DNA of 64,000 bases from a virus, in IMG/VR virus record IMGVR_UViG_3300010397_000045, positions 1 to 64,000 of that record. The stretch is one strand, 5' to 3'. The notes under the pieces are model-generated. The model was not told the DNA's origin, searched no databases, and saw nothing but the letters and a program-made list of their open reading frames with translations. Shown one piece after another: positions 48,305-58,064 of this stretch. The position numbers and the translations under genes were made by a program. Numbering within the stretch: position 1 is the first letter of the stretch; the number at the start of each line of letters is the position of its first letter.

Positions 48305-49801
48305 ATGCCAGTGTCAGTCGGTCTTTCAGTCAACGACATCGTACAAGTCGATGTACAGATGACACCCCTGGCGTCGCCACTCAGGAACTTCGGTAGCGCG
48401 TTGATCCTGGGCGACTCGGATGTCATCGACGTGTTCACCCGCTATCGGTTGTATACGTCGCTCACGGCCATCGGTACCGACTTCGGCGTAACGGCGCCGG
48501 AGTACAAGGCGGCGCAACTGTTCTTCGGGCAGTCGCCGTCGCCCGCCCAGTGTTATGTTGGAGCCTGGGCTGCCAACAATACCAGCGGCCGGTTGATAGG
48601 AGCGGCGCTGACCGCGACCCAACAGCTAATGAGTAACTTCACCGCTATACTCAACGGCGGTGTTAACTTCACGGTAGATGGGGTGGCCAGGAACCTCAGC
48701 GGCCTCAACTTCTCGCTGCAGACCAACCTCAATGGGGTAGCTTCTGTCATACAGTCGGCGTTCTCGGGTTCCGCAACCGTAGTGTGGAACGCGGCGTACG
48801 GCCGCTTCGAGGTCCGGAGCAGCACCAACGGTACGTCCTCCGCCGTCTCGTTCGCCACGGCGGGCAGTGGTGTCGACATTTCGAGCCTGCTCAGACTCAC
48901 GTCCACGCAGGGCGGTTACACGGTAGCCGGCGTCTTGGCGGAAAGCATCTCGTCTGCCGTCAACACGTTCGTCGGTCTTACCAATGCCTGGTACGGGCTC
49001 GCACTGGGTGCTGCCACGCCGGTATCCAACAACGACATCATCAGCGTGGCTGGCATCATAGAAGCCACGGGTAGTTCCGGCAGTCGCATCTTCGGCGTCA
49101 CGACGCAGGAGCCGGCCGCGCTCCTGGCGAACTCGACCACGGATCTTGCCGCTTTGTTGAACGCCGGCAACTTCAGCCGTACGTTCTGCCAGTACTCCTC
49201 GAGCAGTCCGTACGTCGCAGCATCGGTCCTGGGCCGTGCGTTCTCGGTCAACTTCCAGGCATCCAATTCCACCATCACGCTCAAATTCAAACAAGAGCCC
49301 ATCGTGGCGGCGGAGATCCTCACCGAGACGCAGTACGCGGCGCTCGCCGGTAAGAACTGCAACGCGTTCACGGTGTTCAACAACAACACCTCCATCCTGC
49401 AGGAAGGCAAGATGGCCAACGGATTCTTTTTTGACGAGGTGCACGGAGCTGACTGGCTGCAGAACCAGATACAAACCGATGTGTACAACCTGTTGTATAC
49501 ATCGCCCACTAAGATTCCACAGACCGATGCCGGCATCAACCAAATCGCCGCCGTGGTGACGCAGGATTTGCAACTAGCGGTCAACAACGGTTACGTGGCC
49601 CCCGGTGTGTGGACGGGACCCAATATAGGGGCGCTGGTCAGCGGTCAGTTTCTCACGACTGGGTACTACGTATTCCAACCGCCCATCGCATTACAGTCGC
49701 AGGCCGACCGCCAAGCCCGCAAAGCACCCCCGATTCAGGCGGCCATCAAGCTCGCAGGCGCGGTGCATTTCGCCGACGTCATCGTATCAGTCAACAGGTA
49801 A
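48305..49801 (+). CDS. Contractile tail sheath (DUF3383)
   Basis: DFG..APEYKAA..FFGQSP, TLKFKQEP, DWLQN, KIPQTD.G, KLAGAVH. Confidence 0.93.
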   Translation: MPVSVGLSVNDIVQVDVQMTPLASPLRNFGSALILGDSDVIDVFTRYRLYTSLTAIGTDFGVTAPEYKAAQLFFGQSPSPAQCYVGAWAANNTSGRLIGAALTATQQLMSNFTAILNGGVNFTVDGVARNLSGLNFSLQTNLNGVASVIQSAFSGSATVVWNAAYGRFEVRSSTNGTSSAVSFATAGSGVDISSLLRLTSTQGGYTVAGVLAESISSAVNTFVGLTNAWYGLALGAATPVSNNDIISVAGIIEATGSSGSRIFGVTTQEPAALLANSTTDLAALLNAGNFSRTFCQYSSSSPYVAASVLGRAFSVNFQASNSTITLKFKQEPIVAAEILTETQYAALAGKNCNAFTVFNNNTSILQEGKMANGFFFDEVHGADWLQNQIQTDVYNLLYTSPTKIPQTDAGINQIAAVVTQDLQLAVNNGYVAPGVWTGPNIGALVSGQFLTTGYYVFQPPIALQSQADRQARKAPPIQAAIKLAGAVHFADVIVSVNR

Positions 49802-49807
49802 CAACAC

Positions 49808-50257
49808 ATGGCAACTTACGCATTCAACGATGTTGTGGCGGTCATAACAGGCCCCACGGGATCGGCAGACCTCGCTTACGGCGCGCAGGCAGCCGAGGAA
49901 GGTATCACATTCGAGCCGGTGGGAGACAAGAATACCATGACGGTGGGTGCGGACGGATCTGTCATGCATTCACTGCATGCAGATAAGTCTGGGCGGGTGA
50001 TCATACGCCTGCTCAAGACGAGCCCGACCAACGCGATCCTGCAGCGCATGTACGATATACAGACGACATCAGCGTCGCTGCACGGACAGAACACCATTCT
50101 GTGTCAACAGAAAGCAGCTGGTGATGTTACTACTGCCCGGCAGTGTGCGTTCAAGCGCAAGCCACCCATTAATTATCAGAAGGAGGGTGGGCTAATGGAA
50201 TGGGAACTGGACGCGGGCCTGCTTGACACGGTGTTGGGTACCTACCCAACGGCGTGA
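49808..50257 (+). CDS. Tail tube protein (DUF3277-like)
   Basis: AEEGIT...DKNTMTVGADG..MHSLHA.KSG...LLKTSPTN. Confidence 0.88.
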   Translation: MATYAFNDVVAVITGPTGSADLAYGAQAAEEGITFEPVGDKNTMTVGADGSVMHSLHADKSGRVIIRLLKTSPTNAILQRMYDIQTTSASLHGQNTILCQQKAAGDVTTARQCAFKRKPPINYQKEGGLMEWELDAGLLDTVLGTYPTA

Positions 50258-50463
50258 TCCTTATGACAATGATCGACGTAGACGCCGCCGGTTTGGAACT
50301 GTTGCGCAACCACGCCTTGCGGGTGGGAACCTTAGAGCTTTGGTCTGAGGTTGCGATTGAGTGGGCCAAGGCGGCTGAAGCCGAGATTGCAAAGTTACGA
50401 GCACAGATATCAACAATACAGGCTGATACTTCCGGGAGAGATTCAGATGGAATTCGAACATGA
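50254..50463 (+). CDS. Hypothetical small protein
   Basis: Short ORF bridging the tube and chaperone genes. Confidence 0.4.
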   Translation: MILMTMIDVDAAGLELLRNHALRVGTLELWSEVAIEWAKAAEAEIAKLRAQISTIQADTSGRDSDGIRT

Positions 50464-50932
50464 TGGATATAAGTTCAGCGTCGATAAGCTGAACGCTTTC
50501 GGCCAGCTGCACCTGGGACGCAAGTTGGCGCCGTTGGTGCCCACTCTGGCGCCGGTACTCTTCAGGTACATGAGTATGAAGAAGGGCGACATCTTGAGTG
50601 CAAAGATACTCGAGGTGGCTGAACTGGCCGAGCCTTTCTGTGAAGCGTTGGCTGCGATGAGGACTGAGGACGCCGAACTTGTGGTGACGACGGCGTTGTC
50701 TTCGGTCAAGGTGTTGACCGATGCGAAGACTAACACCTGGTTGCCGTTTATGGTACCTGGCACGCATCGCACCTCGATCATGGAGTTGGACGACTTGGGT
50801 AAGATGTTGCCGGTTGTCATCAAAGTCATTTCGTTCAATTTGGGAAATTTTATATCCGCACTCCTTACACGCCACGGGGAGGCCAATCAGGACTCAAGTG
50901 GCGATCGCTTCCAGGCGGGGAAGATTGGCTGA
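50447..50932 (+). CDS. Tail assembly chaperone
   Basis: KLNAFGQLHLGRKLAP...NLGNF; position before the tape measure gene. Confidence 0.8.
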   Translation: MEFEHDGYKFSVDKLNAFGQLHLGRKLAPLVPTLAPVLFRYMSMKKGDILSAKILEVAELAEPFCEALAAMRTEDAELVVTTALSSVKVLTDAKTNTWLPFMVPGTHRTSIMELDDLGKMLPVVIKVISFNLGNFISALLTRHGEANQDSSGDRFQAGKIG

Positions 50933-51096
50933 TGCTTCCGACTACGAGCAACCCTCCCATGTGTACGCTCAAGGAGTTGAAGGATGGCACCTACGATCTT
51001 GCGGACATCGCCATGATGAACGACTGGTTGCTGGTGTGTGCCGATAATCAGTTGATTGCGAAAGAGGCCGCGGAGGCTGAGAGAAATGGCCGCTGA
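50842..51096 (+). CDS. -1 frameshift extension of the tail assembly chaperone
   Basis: Slippery GGGAAATTTT at 50842-50851; -1 frame open to 51096, encoding GEDWLM...LKDGTYDLADIAMMND. Confidence 0.75.
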   Translation, partial: GKFYIRTPYTPRGGQSGLKWRSLPGGEDWLMLPTTSNPPMCTLKELKDGTYDLADIAMMNDWLLVCADNQLIAKEAAEAERNGR

Positions 51097-52639
51097 AACC
51101 ATACGGGAATTCCTGATCGCGCTCGGCTTCAAGGTCGATCAGCCGACCTTGAAGAAGTTCGAGGATGCCATCACAGGTGCGACTTTCAAAGCGGGTGTGT
51201 TGGCTCAGGCTTTCGTCGGCATGGCCAAGGCATTGGCTGAGAGTTTACAGAACGCCACCAAGGACCTGAGCAACCTCTACTACACTTCCGTGCGGGTGGG
51301 CTCATCAGCGACCAACCTGAAGGCACTCACCCAGGCGAGTCAAGATTTCGGTGTATCGGCTGAGGAGGCGCTAGGTAACATCGAGAGTTTGGCTCAGCTG
51401 CTGCGGACCAGCCCGGGTAAGGAGGCTTTCATTAACAGCCTCGGCGTTCAGACCCGGGACGCCAACGGTGCGCTGCGCGATACAGTCGCTATCGCCAATG
51501 ACCTGGGTAAGGTGTTAGCCCAGCGCCCGGATTACATGGCCCAGCAGTTAGCCGACGTCATTGGACTCACGTATAAGTTCAGGAAGGCCATCCAAGATCC
51601 CGGATGGCTCGCAGATCTCGAGAAGCACCAACGACTGTTGGAGCACAGCGGGTACGACAAGGCCGCGCGAGATGCCGCGCTCCTAGAGCAGCAGTTCCGC
51701 GAGCTGGGCGACCGCTGGGACACGCTCAAGATGAAGTTCGCTGTCAACGTGTTCGAGCCTGTCATCGAGGGTCTCGAGGAGTTCACGAATTGGCTGGACA
51801 AGAACACTCCCGGGATGATGGCCCAGTTCGAGAATTTGACCAACGCGATGGGGGCTTTCGCCAAGGCAGCCAAAGTGGCTTTGGACCCACTATTGAGTAA
51901 GTTGGAATCCATCAGTGAGGCTATTGAAAGAAAGATACCCCTCACGAAGTGGGTCAATAACCTCAACGATTGGATTGGTACCGGTCTCAAAGGTGACCTC
52001 GATTTCGTACTGGATAAGTTGGGTGTGCGCGATCAGTTCTACAAAGAGCTGAACAATACTCATCCACCCGATGGCACCCGCCGCGGCCCCAGCTCCTCCC
52101 GTGGGGTCCGCACACACAACCCTGGGAACCTCGAGTATGCCGGGCAGCCGGGCGCCGTGCGCGCAGGCGGAGGACCTGATGAGCAACGCTTCGCGGCTTT
52201 CCGTACCGACCGGGAGGGGCTCGGTGCGATGGCCAATCAGCTCGAATTGGATTTCCAGCGAGGCCGCAAGACGATCGAGGCACTGGTCGCCAAGTACGCA
52301 CCCCCTGAGGAAAACGACACGGTCGCATACATCGCGGATGTCGCGCGCCAGATGCACGTAGGTTCGCGCACCGCACTGAACTTGAAGGACCCGGCGGTGC
52401 TGGAGTCGATGATGAATGCGATGATAGCCCATGAGAATATGAACAACCCATATCGGCCCGGGCTCGTGCGCGACGCGGCCAACGCGGCCGTGCGGGGCGG
52501 TGCCAATAACGTGACGCTGAATTCCACCATCAATATAGATGGCTCCAAGGACGTGACTGCCACGAAACGCGCCGTCAATGAGGCATTGACCGAATCGTTC
52601 CGTAAAGCAACCCGTAACCTACAGCCGACAGCACAATGA
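51086..52639 (+). CDS. Tape measure protein with C-terminal lysozyme-like domain
   Basis: ETIREFLIALGF start; RTHNPGNL...FAAF...KYAPPEENDT.AY. Confidence 0.85.
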   Translation: MAAETIREFLIALGFKVDQPTLKKFEDAITGATFKAGVLAQAFVGMAKALAESLQNATKDLSNLYYTSVRVGSSATNLKALTQASQDFGVSAEEALGNIESLAQLLRTSPGKEAFINSLGVQTRDANGALRDTVAIANDLGKVLAQRPDYMAQQLADVIGLTYKFRKAIQDPGWLADLEKHQRLLEHSGYDKAARDAALLEQQFRELGDRWDTLKMKFAVNVFEPVIEGLEEFTNWLDKNTPGMMAQFENLTNAMGAFAKAAKVALDPLLSKLESISEAIERKIPLTKWVNNLNDWIGTGLKGDLDFVLDKLGVRDQFYKELNNTHPPDGTRRGPSSSRGVRTHNPGNLEYAGQPGAVRAGGGPDEQRFAAFRTDREGLGAMANQLELDFQRGRKTIEALVAKYAPPEENDTVAYIADVARQMHVGSRTALNLKDPAVLESMMNAMIAHENMNNPYRPGLVRDAANAAVRGGANNVTLNSTINIDGSKDVTATKRAVNEALTESFRKATRNLQPTAQ

Positions 52640-53367
52640 GCGCCAACCTAGCCGAGATCGCCCTCATCGGGCCACTGAACGAACTGCTTAACCTGCAAGT
52701 GGTAAACCAGATAGGTGGGGTGCAGATCGACACGACTATCGAAGAGTTTTATGAAGACGCTGTTGAGATCACGGAGCACCCGGTGCAGCGCGGTGCCCAG
52801 ATCGCGGACCACAGCTTCAAGCGTCCTATGGAGTTGATACTCACCTGCGGCTGGTCCAACTCGAGCCCGTCAGGATTTCTGGGGTCGTTCGGGTCCGCCG
52901 CATTGAGCGCGTTCTCACCGACACTCTCTGGGATCGTCGGCGTGGCGGCCGGCATCTCGAATTTGTTCAATCCGAGCGCCGGCACGAGCGGGTCATTCTC
53001 AGGCGGCGCCATGGCGGCTTCCGACTACGTGGCCGGCATCTACTCGCAGTTGCTGCAGATCCAGGAGGCTCGGCAGCCGATTGCCGTCACGTCCGGCTTG
53101 CGCATCTACAACAACATGTTGCTGACGTCGCTGCGTGTCAGGAGAGATGAGAAAACCCGGTTCGTCGTCATCGCCCAGGCGCATCTGCGGCAGATAATTC
53201 TGGTTGATACGCAGACCACCACCCTGCCATCGCAGAGTTCGCAGGCGAACCCAGCCAGTACGGCCGATACCGTGAATGCCGGGCCACAGCAGTTGCAGTT
53301 GCAACCAACCATATCACCACTCATCTCGATTCTGCCGCCGGTGCAGGGGATAACCGGAGGAGGTTGA
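52636..53367 (+). CDS. Baseplate/tube initiator (Dit-like)
   Basis: EITEHPVQRGA.IADH...GWSNS...RIYNNMLL. Confidence 0.75.
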   Translation: MSANLAEIALIGPLNELLNLQVVNQIGGVQIDTTIEEFYEDAVEITEHPVQRGAQIADHSFKRPMELILTCGWSNSSPSGFLGSFGSAALSAFSPTLSGIVGVAAGISNLFNPSAGTSGSFSGGAMAASDYVAGIYSQLLQIQEARQPIAVTSGLRIYNNMLLTSLRVRRDEKTRFVVIAQAHLRQIILVDTQTTTLPSQSSQANPASTADTVNAGPQQLQLQPTISPLISILPPVQGITGGG

Positions 53368-53368
53368 C

Positions 53369-53689
53369 GTGGCGAATCAGTACATCATACCGTTACAAGT
53401 TGGGGTACCACAGAAACTGTCTGTGCAGTTGAACGGCGTGACGTATCAATTCACGATCCTATACCGCAACGATTCTGTGATCCCGCAGTGGACGTTGGAT
53501 ATCGCGGACGTCGCCGGCAACCCCCTCATTCGGGGCATACCGTTGGTGACGGGCGCCGACCTGCTGGCGCAATACAAGCACATCATATCCGGTGGCCTGC
53601 TGGTGGTTCAGCCCGCGGATGGCACCAACCAGACGCCGACGTTCGACAACCTGGGTAAGGACACCCAGCTGTGCTGGGTTACCCCATGA
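53369..53689 (+). CDS. Baseplate protein
   Basis: WTLDIAD..GNPLI.GIPLVTGADLL.QY. Confidence 0.75.
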   Translation: MANQYIIPLQVGVPQKLSVQLNGVTYQFTILYRNDSVIPQWTLDIADVAGNPLIRGIPLVTGADLLAQYKHIISGGLLVVQPADGTNQTPTFDNLGKDTQLCWVTP

Positions 53690-54714
53690 GCCTGCAGTAT
53701 CTTCGCAACGTGTCTTTGATCGTAGGAACCGCAGGTGGTCAGGGGTTGCAACTGGGTAACCTGCGGATCGTGTTCGAGGTCAAGCGTGGCGACCTCGAGA
53801 CGCCCAACACCTGCGACGTGCGCGTGTACAACCTGTCAGACACCACGGCCAACCAGCTGCGCTCTGGGCAGAATGGCCTGCCCGAGTTCACGCAGTTGCA
53901 GTTGAGCACCTCTTATGGCGTGCAACCCCTGGCGCAGATCTTCTGGGGGTCCATCGTCCAGGTGCGCAGTGGGCGCGAAGACCAACGCAACTCGTATGTT
54001 GATATCACGGCAGCCGATGGGGATGAACCGTACAACTTTGCAGTCAGCGCGTTCTCGCTCAACTCAGGATCACAGGCTTTCACTCCTATACAGAGGATAC
54101 TCGCTGACATGGCGCGGTGGTCGTTCGGAGACCCCACGCAGACCAGCTCTAATGGTCAGGGGGTGTCGATGGGGTATGTACCGCCTGACGTGCAGAACAA
54201 CACCAACAGGTCGATTCGGGGGCGTGTGTACTTCGGTGACTGCCGCAGGGAGATGAGGCAGCTGGCCAAGAACCAGGACTGCCAATGGTCCATACAAGAC
54301 CACCAGCTCACGTTTATCCCTAACACGGGGTACATACCCGAGCCGCCCATACTGATCACCCCTGGTACCGGGCTGATAGGTACACCCGAGCAGACGCAGA
54401 GTGGGCTCAAGGTCCGGGTGCTGCTGAACCCATCTATCAAGATAGGCCGTACCATCAAGCTCGATTTCAGCAACATCAACCAGTTGCGTTACGGGCAGGA
54501 GGTTGGATCACCCGCAACCAACTTGCAACTGCAGGACAGCGTGACGAAGATGAACGCCCAGGGTCTGTACTATGTGATGCGTGCCGAACACACGGGCGAC
54601 TCACGCGGCGTTCCGTGGTACACCGACCTCACGTGCCTGGCCGTGGACGCCACGAACATACCTGCCAATGTGACAGCCAGCACGACCGTCTCCGGTGTTA
54701 TTAACAGGTACTGA
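53686..54714 (+). CDS. Baseplate hub
   Basis: TPNT..VRVYNLS..T, ADGD, WSIQD, GLIGTPEQT, H.GDSRG..WY. Confidence 0.8.
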   Translation: MSLQYLRNVSLIVGTAGGQGLQLGNLRIVFEVKRGDLETPNTCDVRVYNLSDTTANQLRSGQNGLPEFTQLQLSTSYGVQPLAQIFWGSIVQVRSGREDQRNSYVDITAADGDEPYNFAVSAFSLNSGSQAFTPIQRILADMARWSFGDPTQTSSNGQGVSMGYVPPDVQNNTNRSIRGRVYFGDCRREMRQLAKNQDCQWSIQDHQLTFIPNTGYIPEPPILITPGTGLIGTPEQTQSGLKVRVLLNPSIKIGRTIKLDFSNINQLRYGQEVGSPATNLQLQDSVTKMNAQGLYYVMRAEHTGDSRGVPWYTDLTCLAVDATNIPANVTASTTVSGVINRY

Positions 54715-54719
54715 GCAAC

Positions 54720-55448
54720 ATGGAACGCCGCGAACGGGTATTCGATCTGGAGGAAACGTTGATATCGGCGTTCGAGTCGCTGGTGTCGGGTGTGTGGACC
54801 GCGCTCCCGGGGGTGTTTCAGGCGTTCACGAACAACTACAACACCTGTGAGGTACAGTGTCCGATCAATGGCCGCGCCCGGCAACCGAACGGTATCTATA
54901 AGGCCATCCAGATGCCCAAGTTCGTGGACGTACAACTCTGCTGGATGGGTGGGGGCGGCGCCACCTGGACGTTTCCGCTCAAGCAGGGTGATGAGGGGTT
55001 GTTGGTGTTCTCGAGCAGGTGCATAGATCAATGGTGGAAATACGGATTTCAGCAGCCGACGGGGTTGGTTGATGCGGCCGGTAACCCCTACAACCCGGCG
55101 AACAACCCGCCTGAGTTCCGCATGCATAACCTCTCTGATGGATTCTTCATCCCCGGGGTGCGTAGTCTGCCACGGGCGTTCGCCAGCTTCGATGTCAGTA
55201 CGGCGCGCCTGCGGACTGATGATGACACATGCTACTTCGAATTCGACCCGGTAAACAAGCGGGTGAAGATCGTCGCCAGTGGTGGGATCACCATGAACAC
55301 CGTGACGATTGACAACTCAGGTAACCTGGTGTCGCCGGCCACGATAACGGGACAGACTGAAGTCGTGGCGAAGACCGGCGGCAGCGCGGTGCACCTGAGC
55401 AGCCACACGCACCCGGGTAACAACCAACCACCGACGCCAGGATCATGA
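54720..55448 (+). CDS. Baseplate spike (Gp138-like)
   Basis: WTALPG, GDEGLLVFSSRCID.WW, RMHNLSDG, C-terminal HTH (His-x-His) metal-binding motif. Confidence 0.85.
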   Translation: MERRERVFDLEETLISAFESLVSGVWTALPGVFQAFTNNYNTCEVQCPINGRARQPNGIYKAIQMPKFVDVQLCWMGGGGATWTFPLKQGDEGLLVFSSRCIDQWWKYGFQQPTGLVDAAGNPYNPANNPPEFRMHNLSDGFFIPGVRSLPRAFASFDVSTARLRTDDDTCYFEFDPVNKRVKIVASGGITMNTVTIDNSGNLVSPATITGQTEVVAKTGGSAVHLSSHTHPGNNQPPTPGS

Positions 55449-55825
55449 GATACAGACAACTCTCGCCTACGGGCGATTACACACTGGGCAAGTCTACGTG
55501 GCTTGTCAACTCACCCGCTACCGTGGAGCAGGCGATCAAGACGCGGCTCAAATTGTGGCTGGGAGAATGGTTTGTAGACCTCACCGACGGCACGCCGTAT
55601 CCGACCCAGGTGTTGGGTGAACGTTACGGTAAGTCACCGGATGCAGCCATCAAGGCGCGCATCCTGGGAACCCCCGGAGTCACGCAATTGATATCCTACA
55701 GTAGCAGTTTCAACGCGCCCTCGGACGGCGTGCGGAGAACGTTGACAGTGAACGCAACAGTGCAGAGCCTCTATAGCGTGACGCCGGTGTCGGTGTCACT
55801 ACCGCTGACGGTAGGTGTGCCGTGA
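55445..55825 (+). CDS. Baseplate wedge (gp25-like)
   Basis: QAIKTRLKLWLGEWF.D...GTPY. Confidence 0.8.
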   Translation: MRYRQLSPTGDYTLGKSTWLVNSPATVEQAIKTRLKLWLGEWFVDLTDGTPYPTQVLGERYGKSPDAAIKARILGTPGVTQLISYSSSFNAPSDGVRRTLTVNATVQSLYSVTPVSVSLPLTVGVP

Positions 55826-56994
55826 CGTCTCCAGTCGCCGCTACCATCGATGCGACGGGTATCTCGGCGCCGTCATACGCGCAGATTCTGGCGTACTACA
55901 TCGGACAGTTTCAACTCATTAACGGTGCAGACTCTTACCTGGGCAACGACAGCCAGGACGGTCAACTGCTAGGTATCTTCGCCCAGGGCATCAGCGATTG
56001 TAACTCCGCCATCATCGCGGCGTACAACTCGTTTTCGCCCACTACAGCCCTCGATGCCGCCCTATCGTCCAACGTCAAACTGAATGGGTTGGCACGCATC
56101 CTGGGGTCGTTCTCGAGCGCTGCGTTGACCGTCGTAGGTCAAGCCAACACAGTCATCACCAACGGCCAGGCGCAGGATCAGAATGGCAACCTGTGGGCCA
56201 TACCGTCTCCGACGACGATTCCCGTAGGTGGGTCCATCGTGGTGGTAGGCGTGTGCACCACCCTCGGTGCCATCGCTGCGCCGGCAAACACGATCAACAT
56301 TATCGGTACTCCTACACTGGGTTGGCAGACCGTCAACAATGCCGCTCCTGCCACACCTGGTAACCCAGTAGAGAACAACGCGCAGCTGCGCATACGCCAG
56401 GCAAGCTCGGTTGCGCTGCCGTCCGTCACGGTTTTCTCCGGGATCGTAGCAGCCATCAGGCAGGTGCCTGGCGTCACCAGGATCACCCCCTACGAGAACA
56501 ACACCAACTCTACGGACGGAAACGGCATACCCAAGACCACGTTGTGCTTCGTGATAGAAGGCGGTGCGCAGTCGGCCATCATCAACGCGATCGCCTCCAA
56601 GATGCCGCCCGGCACGGCCACGTTTGGCAACGTGTCTGGATCATACACGGATAGTTCGGGTGTCACCCGTCTGATCAACTATCAGACGCCTTCACCCGTT
56701 TCCAGCTTCGCCGCCACCATCGGGGTGCACACCCTCAACGGTTGGGCCGATAGTACGATCGTGCTCATACAGGCGGCGGTTTCGAGTTACCTCACGACGC
56801 TACCAATAGGCGGTGTTGTCAACATAGCGGCCATCACGGCCATCGCTCAGCTGTTGGGCACGTTGCAGGCGCCGACGTTCCTGGTTAAAACCGTGCAGGT
56901 ATCCAAGAACGGGGGTGGTCTGCAGAGTACCGATTTCACGCTCGGGTTCAGTGAATCCGCCAACCCGGGAACCCACACGGTTAACAAGGTATGA
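55822..56994 (+). CDS. Baseplate J-like protein
   Basis: DSQDGQL...YNSFSP.TA....LSSNVKLNG; YENNT..TD.NGIP. Confidence 0.88.
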   Translation: MTSPVAATIDATGISAPSYAQILAYYIGQFQLINGADSYLGNDSQDGQLLGIFAQGISDCNSAIIAAYNSFSPTTALDAALSSNVKLNGLARILGSFSSAALTVVGQANTVITNGQAQDQNGNLWAIPSPTTIPVGGSIVVVGVCTTLGAIAAPANTINIIGTPTLGWQTVNNAAPATPGNPVENNAQLRIRQASSVALPSVTVFSGIVAAIRQVPGVTRITPYENNTNSTDGNGIPKTTLCFVIEGGAQSAIINAIASKMPPGTATFGNVSGSYTDSSGVTRLINYQTPSPVSSFAATIGVHTLNGWADSTIVLIQAAVSSYLTTLPIGGVVNIAAITAIAQLLGTLQAPTFLVKTVQVSKNGGGLQSTDFTLGFSESANPGTHTVNKV

Positions 56995-58058
56995 CCGACT
57001 ACACGACGCTCATCACGAGCGAGCACAACCAACAACCGGGCTTCGTCGCGACGGTTGACCTGCTGGCCAATGGCGTCGGGAGTATCACCGCGCTTGCGCA
57101 GCTGTTGCCAGCGCTGTTCGATTTCGACAACGCCACCAACGCTCAGCTGGATGTCGATGGGCAGTGGATCGGACTTGCACGCACGGTGGGTGGCGTATTC
57201 CTTATCAACTTCTTTGGTTTTGCCGACGATGGTACTGCGCTGGGTTTTGGCGAGCTGGGTAATCCAAGCGTGGGCGGTCGCTTCGTAGAGCTGGGTGAGG
57301 ACATCTCGAGCACGGCGACGTTGCACGACCCGGAGTACAGGACCGTGCTGCGGGCCAAGATCCTGCAGAACAGTTGGGATGGTGGGCTCGCGAAGTTCGA
57401 GGCCGCCTTGGCGGAAGTCCTGGGGGGTGCGACCTGCACCGTGATCGATCCCGGCAACAACGTGGTCATGTTTAAACCTAACTCGGCGCTCGACCTGGTG
57501 TTGCAGCAGTTGTTGACTGGGTATGACCTCATACCCCGCGCTGCCGGTATCCGCTATCAGTTCGTGTTCGTGCAGACCTCCTATGCCTGGACGTTCGCAG
57601 GCACCGCGACCTCGCCAGTGCTCCAGACCGTGCAGAAGAACTCCGGTAGTAACGCCTGGGACTCGGCCGCCTGGGTGGCAAGCCCGGCGCAACACATCTG
57701 GTTGCAATGGACCGTGCCCACGACCTCTGGCGCCATGATGGGCGGTCTGGCGGCTAACCCATCCGGCTCACCCAACTACCCAACACTCAACTTTGGCCTG
57801 GAGACCACCAATGGAGGCATCCAGGTGTGGGAGGCGGGCGTGCAACAGAACGGCCCGTTCCCGGGCGGCAACTGGGGCAGTTACTTGGCGGGCGACGCTT
57901 TCGCCGTCTATTGGGATGGCAAGTCTGGGGTGTACCTGCATAACGGCGTGCCATTCAAGGTGACGACGCCGGCTGTATCTCCGGGCTCACTGGCCCCGAT
58001 GTTCTCGATATTCTCGGTAGGCGATCAGGCCAACAACATCTACATCTCCGCGAGTTAA
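56991..58058 (+). CDS. Baseplate wedge (DUF2612) with extra C-terminal domain
   Basis: ITSEH, FDFD.A...QLD..G.WIG..R, YR..LRAKI..N.WDG. Confidence 0.8.
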   Translation: MTDYTTLITSEHNQQPGFVATVDLLANGVGSITALAQLLPALFDFDNATNAQLDVDGQWIGLARTVGGVFLINFFGFADDGTALGFGELGNPSVGGRFVELGEDISSTATLHDPEYRTVLRAKILQNSWDGGLAKFEAALAEVLGGATCTVIDPGNNVVMFKPNSALDLVLQQLLTGYDLIPRAAGIRYQFVFVQTSYAWTFAGTATSPVLQTVQKNSGSNAWDSAAWVASPAQHIWLQWTVPTTSGAMMGGLAANPSGSPNYPTLNFGLETTNGGIQVWEAGVQQNGPFPGGNWGSYLAGDAFAVYWDGKSGVYLHNGVPFKVTTPAVSPGSLAPMFSIFSVGDQANNIYISAS

Positions 58059-58064
58059 ACACAC

